A DNA stretch of 63,327 nt, the filler included, from Kipferlia bialata (taxonomy: Eukaryota): NCBI GenBank assembly GCA_003568945.1. It is 8 parts of 8 records of this genome, joined end to end, with 100 filler letters (N's around TTAATTAATTAA, not from the genome) between each part and the next. Parts side by side here need not be neighbours in the genome. Positions count along the whole stretch, not along the records: positions 15,324 to 26,429 come from BDIP01001292.1; positions 26,530 to 37,635 come from BDIP01001293.1; positions 37,736 to 48,838 come from BDIP01001294.1; 5 more parts are not named here. One strand, written 5' to 3'. Positions within the stretch are counted from its first letter, which is position 1. Each line of letters starts with the position of its first letter. Shown one piece after another: positions 26,396 to 37,849 of this stretch. The notes beneath the pieces are model-generated. The model made no database searches. It had not been told where the DNA came from and saw nothing but the letters and a program-made list of their open reading frames with translations. Made by a program: the position numbers and the translations under genes.

Positions 26396-26541
26396 GTTAG
26401 TATATACACACACATATATATGTATATATNNNNNNNNNNNNNNNNNNNNNNNNNNNNNNNNNNNNNNNNNNNNTTAATTAATTAANNNNNNNNNNNNNNN
26501 NNNNNNNNNNNNNNNNNNNNNNNNNNNNNACTCACTCCCAG

Positions 26542-27058
26542 GACCACCTACACTACGGCTGACGATGCCTTGTCTGCAGTGAGGACATACTACACGGGTG
26601 TCACAATGTGGGAGACAGTCGAGAAGGACATAGCCAGTGTCAAGTTCTCCAGCGTGTATAGCCCATCCCATTACTATCTCGACTGTGGTAATGGCTACAC
26701 CCTGAGGGACAATGGCTTCTCCGGTGTTGGATCTTGGTTGTCCGCTAGTGACGTTGTGGGTCAGTATGCCGTGGTGGTGTATGATACCCCTACACTTGTG
26801 GGTGCCATAGCCACAGCAGGCAGACCATTTGACTTTGATCAGTATGTGACAAGCTACGCGATTGAGTACTTCGACCCAGCCGTGGACGAGTGGGTATCCG
26901 TGGTTGAGAGCAAGGAGTCGTTTGTGGGCAACACAGATATGAACACCATTGTGCTACATACCCTGTCAGAGCCTGTCGTTGCCGATAGGGTGCGCATCCG
27001 TGTGTTGAGTTGGTATGGGCGCATAGCTATGAGGTTGGAGGTATATGGATGGCAGTGA
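26542..27058 (+). CDS. Terminal exon of a protein ending in an F5/8 type C (discoidin) domain
   Basis: Acceptor ctcactcccag at 26531-26541; motifs W..(SW), AIATAGR, QYVTSYAIEY, FVGNTD, EPVVADRVRIRVLSWYGRIAMRLEVYG typical of FA58C domains. Confidence 0.85.
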
Positions 27059-27546
27059 GTGAACAATGTGTCTGTCTCACATGTCAAGCATACATACGTG
27101 AATAGAAACTTGAAAGAGGCAGCTGGTATAGAGGGTGTGCGCCGGTCTCAGCCTAGCACCATCACGAGGGCTGGTTTACCTACCAAAGTGCCGTCCCCTA
27201 GTGTCCAGGTACAGCCCTGGTGGTCAGAAGTCCACTATAGATGGAGGGTCCTCTAAGCGTGTAGGATGTTGAAGGATTAGTACACACCGTCTTTTCCCTG
27301 GTCCCGATGTTGGAGAGAAAGAGAAATGTCAGTGCGATGCGCAGAACTGACACAGAACCCTGTGTAGAAGTATTGCTGCTAGTATCACGGCTAGCCTATC
27401 TTTCTGCTTCTTCACTCAGTTGAAGTGTTACTCAAGTAGAAAGGGTCTAGTGTGTTTTTGATCCTCCTCCTCAGACACCGTCCTTGACCTCCATATCCAA
27501 CGGTATAGGGGAACACAGGCCAGTGGGCAGTAGATCTCAGCGAGAT

Positions 27547-28054
27547 ATGGAGGCTGGCCTCAATGTGCTGATCATCAAGTGGTCATATGTGTGTGTGACT
27601 GTGTTGTGCACCCTGGTACTGGCTGTGCATGGCATTAGTGCATGCCGCAAGAGGCACACCAGGGAGGGCAAGGGGGGCATCACAGAGGTCACGGCAGCTC
27701 TGTTCGAGGTGGGTGAGGGACAGATCCGTTGCTCTACGTGGTGTGTGGGTGACAGTCGTATCTGACCTTTTGTATACTATATATATATTTGTCTGCTTAC
27801 TCTTACTTACCCTCTAGGTGTATGCTCTGTTTGTATTGAGGACCATCCTGTTCACTGTTCCCGGGGCATCCTGGCTGGCCCTGTTCACAAAGTACCCAGG
27901 TGATACTCAGGCGTATCTCTCTCTCTCTCTCTCCTCTGTCATTATCATGCCATATCCAACTACCCCTTCCTCTCTCTCTCTCTCATGTAATGCTATGTGA
28001 AATCCCTTTCTCTTACCCTTGCCCCAGCCATCCAGGGTGGTATTCCCCATCCTG

Positions 28055-28086
<32 letters not shown>

Positions 28087-28269
28087 CAATACCTATCTGT
28101 AACCCCTCTCTAATTCTATACTTAAACCTCTCTAACCCCATCAGTCCCCATCCAGGGCATCCTCCTGTCCCCCCATCACCCCCCCCCATCACCCCTCTCT
28201 CTCAGTATAGTCACAGATATCCGCTCTCATTTACCCTTTGACCCCAGCCGTCCAGGGCATCATCGACAT

Positions 28270-28326
<57 letters not shown>

Positions 28327-29719
28327 GACCTCTTATATATACTTTTGACCTCTTTGACCCCAGCCGTCCAGGGCATCATCGACCTCTCCCCCGAGGTCAT
28401 GTTCTTCTCTCTCTTCTGGACCCTGCTGGTCAGGTCGGCCTTTCTGTCCAGGATGGACTTCTCCCCAGAGGCCGTGAATAAGGTATTGGATTGAAAGTCG
28501 TTGTATATAGGTAGTATATATATATATGTGTATATGATATATAGTATATATATATAGTATATTGATATTACGATAATCTCAAATCTCTACTCCTACCAGG
28601 TCAAGAGGGATGCCCGCCTTGGTGTGGCCGTTGAGACTGTTGGTGCCCTACTCTTTGTTGCTGCTGCCTCCACCGCACACTACATAGACCCAGAGAGGTT
28701 CCCATTCACATACGCAACTGTATTCGACTTCGAAGGTGGGTCAAACAGTGCATATATCCCTCTCACTTCCCCTCTTCCCTCGTTACCTCTCTTACATCAG
28801 GCATATTCAACATGGTGTCCCTGCTCTGCGTCATTGCAGTCTCGGCAAAGGTATATGTGCTCTATACCGTCGATATATACCATCAGTACCGTGTGTAAGT
28901 AGTACTGGACAGATATCCTCAATCGTTATGTTTCTCCCTCACCCCCCCCCCTTCCCCTCCCTTACCCCTCAGGTCCTCTCCAATACCTCCCCGGCAAAGC
29001 TCAGAATACACCCCAGAATGACTAGTCAGATCATATCGGCCCAGTTCTTTAGGTACAACTGTCTCTCTCTCTCTCTCTCTCTCTCTCCCTTACCCTGTAG
29101 GTCCCTTGTCATGGTTCTCTTCAGTCTCTCTCTCTCTCTCTCTCTCTCTCCCCCTCACTCCCTAGGTCCCTTGTCATGGTTCTCTTCAGTCTCTCTCTCT
29201 CTCTCTCCCTCACTCCCTAGATCCCTTGTCATGGTTCTCTTCATTGTCTTCTGCCTCAAGGCCTGTGTGGTGCTGCTACTCAACGTCCTTCTATACCCAG
29301 ACCATGTCTCGACAGACGTGTACAGGTGGGTGGGGTGGTTTGCATACTCTTATGCTATGTTAACTCAATAGTCTGTTCCACCCTATATATCTGCCGTCTG
29401 GGGTCAGTGGTTTACATGTCAAGAGTAACGTGTGTAGTGTCCTAGTCAACTCTCTAACACCCAGATACAGCACCCTGGTCTACTTCCTTGTCCTAGAGAT
29501 AGTCCCATGCTGCTGGGCCATATACAGACTGCTCACGGCTGACAGGTGGGGTCATTCTCATTATACACTTGATGAATGAACGTATGATAGTAATAACAGT
29601 GTCTGTGTAGTCAGTGGTGACATAGTATTTGTCTCTTTCTATCCCCCTCACCCAGGTTCTTCAAGCGTAAGCTGAGGGAGTTCAACTCTGACAGAAGGGG
29701 CCTCACTGCATTCGCATAG
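27547..29719 (+). CDS. Multi-pass (about 7 TM) membrane protein, TOM1/TOM3/THH1-GPR137-like
   Basis: Nine exons from ATG 27547 to TAG 29717-29719. Hydrophobic helices include DLSPEVMFFSLFWTLLV and LVYFLVLEIVP, resembling the DUF1084 motifs DLPxxxFFS and YYxxxEILP (from recall). Confidence 0.6.
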
Positions 29720-29721
29720 GA

Positions 29722-29753
<32 letters not shown>

Positions 29754-30023
29754 GATGGAAAGACTCACACCGCGGCAGGTGTGCGAGACACTTAGATTTG
29801 ACTGCTTCATAGCAGAGGTGCTGGTTTGCACAAAGTATTGTATAATAATAGATATGTAGTCACAGTCCAAGAAGCCCAAACCCAATAATTGGTTAAGTAT
29901 TTATGCATACGCTATTAGGACAAGGGAACAGGACATGGCTCCACCACTCAGTCCCCCTCGGAACAGGAGGGAAGACACCGGGAGACCACTGGAGATTGAC
30001 TAGAACAAAGGGGGAGAGGGTGA

Positions 30024-31058
30024 TTACTCGCTCTTCTTGCTCTTCTTGGACTTCTTCTTCTCCTTCTTCTCCTTCTTCTCCTTCTTCTCCTTCTTGACTG
30101 GGGGTTAGAGAGAGTGAAACAGAGTATTAGAGAGAGAGTATGCGTACCGCGCTTGGCCTCCTTCTCTGGGGCCTCGGCTCCCTCCTCAGTCTCAACCTCT
30201 CTGGAGCGCTTCTTCTTCTTCTTCTTCTTCTCTCCGTCCTGGGGTTAGATCCAAAAGAGACAAGTGTGGCACGTAGAGTGTATGTAAAAGTAGGCGTGTT
30301 GTGATGCATACCTCGGACTTGTCCTTCTTGCTCTTCTTGGACTTCTTCTTGGACTTCTTCTCTGGGGGTGAGGGGGTATACACGAAATACATAGACTATA
30401 TGTAGAGAGAGACATGGACGTACCCTCGCCCTCCTCGATCACGGTCTCCTCAACCACAGTCTCCTCAACCACAGTCTCCTCAGCCTCCATGGCAACGTCC
30501 TCACCGGCAAAGTACTTGCCCTCGCGGGTCACCTGGTTCTGCTCGTTGTAGGCCTGGGGGTGAGGAATGGAAATATGGTACCATACTCGAAAGAGAGAGA
30601 GAGAGAGAGAGTGATGTGCGTACCGTGATGTTGTGGTCGATGGAAGACCTGATCTCCCTGGCCACAGTGTTGCCCTCGAGCTCCCTCACCCTCTTCTCGA
30701 GCTTGGTGGCAACGTCCTCGGCCACAGTGATGCCCTAGCGGGTTAGAGATACATGTACATAGGGTGTGCATGCATATATGTGTATGTATATATATATGTA
30801 GGTACCTTGTCCACGCTGAATGCATCGACACGGGCACAGATGGCAGCACAGGCACCAAGGGCACGGGCAAGCTTACCCTGAAGGTCAGAGACAACACACT
30901 TCGAGAGGGACATAAAGAGACAGAGGTACGACCCTGACTTTACATATGTACCTTGTTGTTGGGTGCGCACTGTCCGAGCATCTTGGCGTGGAAGATGATT
31001 CCATACTTCGGGGTGGGGGCCTTCTCCTGCAGGGCACGGAACAGAGCCTGGGGGTAAG

Positions 31059-31094
<36 letters not shown>

Positions 31095-31559
31095 GAGAGA
31101 GAATGAAGACACGCACCTTCTCGGCTCCGATGATCTGGATGGTGGATCCGGCGTACTTGGCAAGGGTGAGGAGGGAGCCGGCGTGGCCGATGAGACGGGC
31201 GGTCACGACCTAGGGGTGAGTATATATGTATATATATAGTATATACATATGTACATACATACACACACCTCTCCGATGATGGCTGCCAGGTTGGGTGACA
31301 CAGCCCTGACCCTGTTGAGGAGGTACTCGTGGAGGTCAGCGTGTGCAGAGCCAAGGGCCAGCACCTGCTCGGCAACCTCACCGATACTGGGGGGTCAGAC
31401 GGGTGTAATAGATAGAGACATAGATAGATAGATACCAGGGTCAGAGGGGTGTAATAGATATATATAGAAGTATATTGTGTGTGTGTGTGAAGGTACATAC
31501 CGGGCCATATCCTCCTCAGTGATAGCGGCACCGATGGAGGCGTTTCCAGACTCGCAGAC
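30024..31559 (-). CDS. NOP58: Nucleolar box C/D snoRNP protein Nop58 (Nop56/58 family), 3' part; 5' part lies in the N gap
   Basis: Nop domain [63 protein letters not shown], GQxxPxxKGK and [11 protein letters not shown] favour Nop58 over Nop56; [11 protein letters not shown] tail; stop at 30024-30026. Confidence 0.85.
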
Positions 31560-32551
31560 CTATGCGTGAGAGAATGAACCATGAAGGAGTAGAGAGAGAG
31601 AGGGTAGTGTCGGAGAGAGGGTAGTGTCGGAGAGTGGAGGGTGTGTGTGTGTGGGGGGGGGGGGGGGGGGGGGGTTTTTGGATGTGGGGTNNNNNNNNNN
31701 NNNNNNNNNNNNNNNNNNNNNNNNNNNNNNNNNNNNNNNNNNNNNNNNNNNNNNNNNNNNNNNNNNNNNNNNNNNNNNNNNNNNNNNNNNNNNNNNNNNN
31801 NNNNNNNNNNNNNNNNNNNNNNNNNNNNNNNNNNNNNNNNNNNNNNNNNNNNNNNNNNNNNNNNNNNNNNNNNNNNNNNNNNNNNNNNNNNNNNNNNNNN
31901 NNNNNNNNNNNNNNNNNNNNNNNNNNNNNNNNNNNNNNNNNNNNNNNNNNNNNNNNNNNNNNNNNNNNNNNNNNNNNNNNNNNNNNNNNNNNNNNNNNNN
32001 NNNNNNNNNNNNNNNNNNNNNNNNNNNNNNNNNNNNNNNNNNNNNNNNNNNNNNNNNNNNNNNNNNNNNNNNNNNNNNNNNNNNNNNNNNNNNNNNNNNN
32101 NNNNNNNNNNNNNNNNNNNNNNNNNNNNNNNNNNNNNNNNNNNNNNNNNNNNNNNNNNNNNNNNNNNNNNNNNNNNNNNNNNNNNNNNNNNNNNNNNNNN
32201 NNNNNNNNNNNNNNNNNNNNNNNNNNNNNNNNNNNNNNNNNNNNNNNNNNNNNNNNNNNNNNNNNNNNNNNNNNNNNNNNNNNNNNNNNNNNNNNNNNNN
32301 NNNNNNNNNNNNNNNNNNNNNNNNNNNNNNNNNNNNNNNNNNNNNNNNNNNNNNNNNNNNNNNNNNNNNNNNNNNNNNNNNNNNNNNNNNNNNNNNNNNN
32401 NNNNNNNNNNNNNNNNNNNNNNNNNNNNNNNNNNNNNNNNNNNNNNNNNNNNNTTTGTTTTGCCCCTTTTCCCCCCCCCCCCCCCCCCCCCCCCCCAACC
32501 TATTTGGTGGTATATCCGTATCCTTTTGTTTCTGCTGTCACTCACGCCCAG

Positions 32552-35500
32552 ACAAGGTCCAGAAGACACTCTCCCTCAGCGACACCCAGTTTGTTTCCAC
32601 TCTCTTTGGCAAGGAGTGGCAGCTTGCCCTCAAGGCCCCGCCCCTCCCTCCCAAGCCCACCATCCACGCCGTGTCCAAGAACCACCCGCTCTACACCAAC
32701 ACCCTCCAGTGCCTGCCCGACGACATGAAGAGCCGGGTCTTTGCTGTACGCACTGGCACTGTCCCCTCCCGCAAGGGTCTCTACCTCAAGGCCAAGCAGA
32801 ACCTGGGTGTGGGTGAGCGTGTCCCCATCTACCATGGTACTGCAGAGCCCTGGCGTGCCACCCAGATCGCACTCAACGGCTTCGACCTCAACCTCAAGCT
32901 CAACGGCAGGGCACTCGGGGACGGTGTCTACACGACCTCCGACCCCAACACCGCCAACGGGTATGCCAGGGGGAGCGGCTCCATCGTTGTGATGCGGGGC
33001 CTCCTCTCCACCGACATCACCCCGGCAAGCAGCGACGTCATCTTCGTCTACACCAAGCCCGAGCAGCTGTTGTGTGAGGCCATTGTGGACTTCTCAGCCG
33101 ATACCTCTGGCAGAGAGGCTGCCGCTGATGCCGCCGCTGACGAGGAGGAGGCTGAGGCCCGGGAGCTTGCTGCGCTGAAGCGTGACATGAAGCAGAGAGA
33201 GGCCAGTCACAGGGTCACGATGACTAGGGACTGGAGGCAGATGCTGCAGGGGTATCTCGACAGACTGCAGGGGTGGCAGAGGCAGATACCAAAGGGTAAC
33301 AAGGGGGCAGCGGAGAGGGAGATGCTGGCCCACAAGGTGGAGCTGGAGCAGAAGCAGTTCGAGAGCCGCCTCCCCATCTACCTCCACAAGGGTGAGGTCG
33401 TGCAGCAGCTGAGGGCGAGAGATGTCCTCTTTGTGAGTGCACCCACTGGTACTGGCAAGAGTACCCAGCTGCCTCAGTACATAGTGGACGAGGTGTTCCC
33501 CAACGACACTCGCCGTGTTGCTGTGCTGCAGCCAAAGCGCGTCAACTGCACCTCTCTCGCTGCCAGGGTGGCCTCTGAGCGTGGCGGTGTTGTGGGTGAG
33601 GAGGTGGGGTACAGCATGGGAGGCGGTGCCGTCTGTACGAGTGAGCAGACCCGCATTGAGTTCATCACCCACGGTCTCTTTGCCTGCATGTCCCTCAACG
33701 GAGACCTCAGGGCCAAGTACTGTGCTGTCGTGCTGGACGAGGCCCACGAGCGGACCATTGAGGTCGACATGTCTCTTGCCCTGATCAGACGTGCCCTCAG
33801 GGGCGAGGGTCCACGGAAGGACACTTCCAAGGAGCTGTCCTTCAAGGTAGTTGTCTGCAGTGCCACTCTGAGTGAGGACACAGTCGACACCCTCAAGGAG
33901 TACGTCGACCCCGACTGCACCAGGTCTGCTGTTGTGGAGCTGCCCAGCCACTCCTTCCCTGTCCACGTCATGTACAGAGACCAGGCTCTGCTGCAGCAGG
34001 ACGACAGCACCACCACCCAGGGCAACGTCATGACGTCTGCCGCAGTGGACACCGCCCTCCAGCTCTTCAAGCAGACAGACCGAGGCAACATCCTGGTGTT
34101 CCTGCCAGGTATATAGTATTGGTGTCTTCCACAGTCTCTCTCTCATGTTGTACTAATATTGTTAAAGAGCGGTGTTCAAATTGTCTCTAACGTCAGGCCA
34201 CCACCACCTGTCCCTGGCCTTCGACTGCTTCCATCGCTACCTAGAGGGCGAGGCCGGTCACAGTATCAACACTCTAGAGCACTCCCTCAGGTTCAACACT
34301 GAGAAGAAGGAGACGGTGGGAGTCTTCAAGTTCCACGGACGGCTCTCTGCTACGCAGCGCAACATTGTCCTCAACTACGCGGACCACGGCTACGACCGCA
34401 TCATCGTGTTTGCCACCATCGTTGCCGAGACTGGTATCACCATCCCTGACTGCCGCTACGTTGTGGACTCTGGACTCGAGCGGACTGTGCGGTGGAACGC
34501 AGAGCTGGGCTGCAACGAGATGCGCACGGCCCTAGCCTCCCGCTCCTCCCTCGAGCAGCGCAAGGGCCGCGCAGGCCGTACTGCATCCGGTGTATGTGTC
34601 CGCCTCTACTCCAAGGAGATGTTCGAGGAGGCGCAGCAGGCCCACCCCCCTGGCGTCACTGAGAAGAACGTCCAGACGGTTCTGCTGCGCCTACTGCACG
34701 AGCAGGAGAAGGGCAACGATATCAGGATGCCGGAGGAGATCCCCCAGAGCGCCAGGGAGGAGGCGACTGGTGTACTGCAGGAGCTAGGTGCTGTGTCGGA
34801 GACAGGGGAGGTTACGAGAGAGGGCAAGTTCATGCTCGACCTCGGCGTCGACTTCCGCCTTGCCTCCTTCCTCCTAGCCTGTGACAACCTAGGGTGTCTG
34901 ACCAGTGGCAGCATCATCGTTGCCATGGCTACCACCACCGGCACTCTCACCATGCTACCCCTGAAGCCTGACTCCCGAAACAAGTCCCCGCTCAAGCCAC
35001 CCCTGGAGGAGTACTTTGACTGCAGTGGCGACCACGTGACCCTGCTCAACATCTTCAAGGGATACAAGGCGGCCAAGAGCAAGACCTCCTGGTGCATCGA
35101 TCACGATGTGCCCCATGACACCATGAAGACAGTCCAGGCCAACCTCGATTCCATTCTGGAGCGACTTTCTTCAAGGTATGCATATGTACTATACTCATGT
35201 ACATATGTCTGCTACTGCTACGTGACAGTGTATGTTCTTGTTGGTCGCACTCCTAACATCCAGGGGCTGCAGTCTAAAGGATGATCCCGAGAAGACCGCT
35301 GAGCACGGTGGCACCCACAGCTGCATCCTGCGCTCCCTCTGCGTTGGGTTCTTCGACCACATTGGTGTTCTCAAGATCCCCTTCCAGCCTGAGAGTGGCG
35401 TCACCCGCCTGCTACCTGCTGCCCAGGTCGGGTCCAAGTGCGAGGCCCTCAACCAGTTCGTGCAGGACGTTGGCCCCCGCTGTGCCCAGGCCTCAGCGGT

Positions 35501-37035
35501 ACCCGAGGCCGACGAGGTGCTGGTCCTCGTGGACAGACGCTCCGCCCTGCACAACGCACAGGAGGCCGCCGACAGGGATGACGCTGACCCTGGCGATGGT
35601 AGCATGGTTGTCTTCCACTCCCAGATGATGGTCGACAGTGCCAGGTACCCCAAGGTCCAGCTGGTCTCCTACATCTCGAGCGAGGACCTCTCTGACATAT
35701 CACCCGGTATGCGCAAGGAGATTGAGAGGAGCAAGCGCAAGTTCTCTTGTGTTGTGCGGAAGGTTCCTCTCTCCAAGAAGCAGTGGGATGTGATTCGCAG
35801 CCACATGAGTGTGTTCATGTCCCAGCTGAGACGGATGCACCCCAACGCTGGTATCAGCGTCGATACCTCCGACCACCCTAGACGCACTCTAGTGGTGTCA
35901 GCCCCAGAGAGTTCCATCGACCACATCATGGATAAGGTAATTCCATTGTGCATTGCATGCATCCTTACTGTGTGTGTAAGACATCATATCATGTCACTAA
36001 TGTCAGGTGGAACGCAAGCTAGAGACTGCGGAGACTGAGGATGTGCTGGTAGAGCTGCCTGAGGGCATGCTGTGCAAGCACATCTCCTCCAAGATGAAGA
36101 AGCTCAAGGCAGATCTGGAGGCCCTACTCCAGGAGTCTGACTGCTTGGGTCCCTTCAACGTCTGCCTGGACTTCAACGCCAACGCCATCAAGATCACTGC
36201 CGGAGGAGACGCCAAGTGCCAGCTGGCTCTGCTGATTGGCCGTGTCCACAGCTTCCTTGCCACGCACTCCAACAGCCACGTCACTCTATCCATGACGGCC
36301 GAGGGCAGTGAGGGCCGGGCTATCGTGACAAACCCTCGGTACCGCCAGCTTGCAACCTCAGCCACCCCCCAGATAGTGCGAGGGGGCCGCAACAACATGA
36401 TGCTGTTACTCTCGCACCACCTGATCTGGCAGTGCAAGTGCACAGTGTATGGCGGCATGGTGAGGGACTGGGTGATCAGGAACGAGGCCGCCAACGACAT
36501 TGACTGTCTCCTCCCCAACATGAGCATGATGGTCTCAGTCAAGGGCACTATTGAGAGATTTGCATCAAGGCTGGGCCTGCACAAGGTGGAGGAGAGGCAG
36601 CAGCCAAACAGCTACATGATCAGGTTCGGCGGCACCAGCGGCAAGGATATCCGGGTGGAGCTGGTCGACCCCCTGCTCCCCACTGCCGCCCCCCACTGCG
36701 ACTGCTCTGCTGGCAATGTCTGTGTCAACGCCAAGGGCGTCATGGCCAAGAAAGCCCATGCCGGTGGGAACACAGTCACCCTCGCCGAGTGCATCACGCA
36801 CATCAAGAAGAAGCAGTTTGTGTGCTTCCTCGACTGGAACGCCCCTCAGAACGCAGGGTCTCTGCTGGGTAGGGTCAAGGACAAGTACCTCGACCGTGGC
36901 TGGTCCCTGTTGAACCAGCTGCCCACTGCTCAGATGCGGCAGCTGCAGAGCCAGGCTGAGTACTCAAACTGGCATAGAAGGGGGCAGCTGCAGTTTGATC
37001 CCAAGTACACAGGCCTCGACTGGTCCAAGATCTAG
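32552..37035 (+). CDS. 5'-partial (>1400 aa) multidomain protein: PARP-type ADP-ribosyltransferase, DEAH-box RNA helicase with HA2, two KH-like repeats and a C-terminal class II nucleotidyltransferase
   Basis: Exons 32552-34108, 34197-35175, 35264-35936 and 36007-37035 join in frame. PARP: IYHGT (His at 32833), GRALGDGVYTT, VIFVYxKPEQ. Helicase: LPIY, GTGKSTQLPQ (33448), QPKR, DEAHER (33736), SAT, LVFLPG, ATIVAETGITIP, QRKGRAGR. NTase: VYGGMVRD (36445) and DID (36496). Confidence 0.9.
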
Positions 37036-37384
37036 TCCCAGTGCCAATTGATACATTAGTCAATAGAGTATTACTATACACAATTTGGATGAGTTTTATA
37101 TCTCAATCACATAACTGATATATATCATTATTGTGTGCTACTCCATTTACTGTTTGATGTGTCTATGACACTTGTCTATGACGTGATTGAAGACTGGTTC
37201 AGGTGCAGACATCATCAGTGCTCTATATCATTATTCAAAGTCAGCACGCATACCTGCCACTAGTGTTAATGCACTTTGGATCTGGGGGCCCACATCTCTG
37301 GCCAGTCAAGACAGAGCATGCTAATGGTCCTGAATCTCCAGGCGTTGTCATTCTCAGGTTCGGACGAAACAGCACAATTAATAA

Positions 37385-37569
37385 TCAGAATGTCCAGGTG
37401 CCCGTTGGCAGCACTATTAGCACTACAGAGCCGAGGGTGTTGCCAGGTAATGCTGAGGCTGCAAACTTAGTGCAGGCACTGACGATGAGGGAGCAGGCCT
37501 TGTCGACGGGGAATCCGAATATACCGGTGGATATGCAGGGTATGGCGATGGAGGCTATGCACCACAAAC
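37385..37569 (-). CDS. Terminal exon of a macrodomain (ADP-ribose binding/hydrolase) protein; the rest is lost at the contig end
   Basis: Acceptor ctgaccccag on the minus strand at 37579-37570. Translation SIAIPCISTGIFGFPVDKACSLIVSACTKF...LGSVVLIVL matches the macrodomain signature SIA(F/I)PxISTGI(Y/F)G(F/Y)P plus the final helix and strand. Confidence 0.8.
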
Positions 37570-37583
37570 CTGGGGTCAGTGCA

Positions 37584-37621
<38 letters not shown>

Positions 37622-37735
37622 AAAAAATTTATTTTNNNNNNNNNNNNNNNNNNNNNNNNNNNNNNNNNNNNNNNNNNNNTTAATTAATTAANNNNNNNNN
37701 NNNNNNNNNNNNNNNNNNNNNNNNNNNNNNNNNNN

Positions 37736-37780
<45 letters not shown>

Positions 37781-37849
37781 ACCTCTCTCTGTCTCTCTTT
37801 CACTCCCTTCCCCTTCCCTCCCTCTCTCTCCATGCATACCTGACCCCAG

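Noticed and set aside
30743..32816. Long ORFs running through N gaps (also 45781-46983)
   Set aside because: Artefacts of translating Ns; only the part from 32552 on the + strand and the NOP58 exons are supported.
33094..34146. 350-aa and 205-aa minus-strand ORFs
   Set aside because: Antisense to the GC-rich helicase exon; no independent motifs.
37203..37691. 162-aa plus-strand ORF downstream of the helicase fusion
   Set aside because: No recognisable motif; it is the antisense shadow of the macrodomain exon, which has a proper acceptor and signature.
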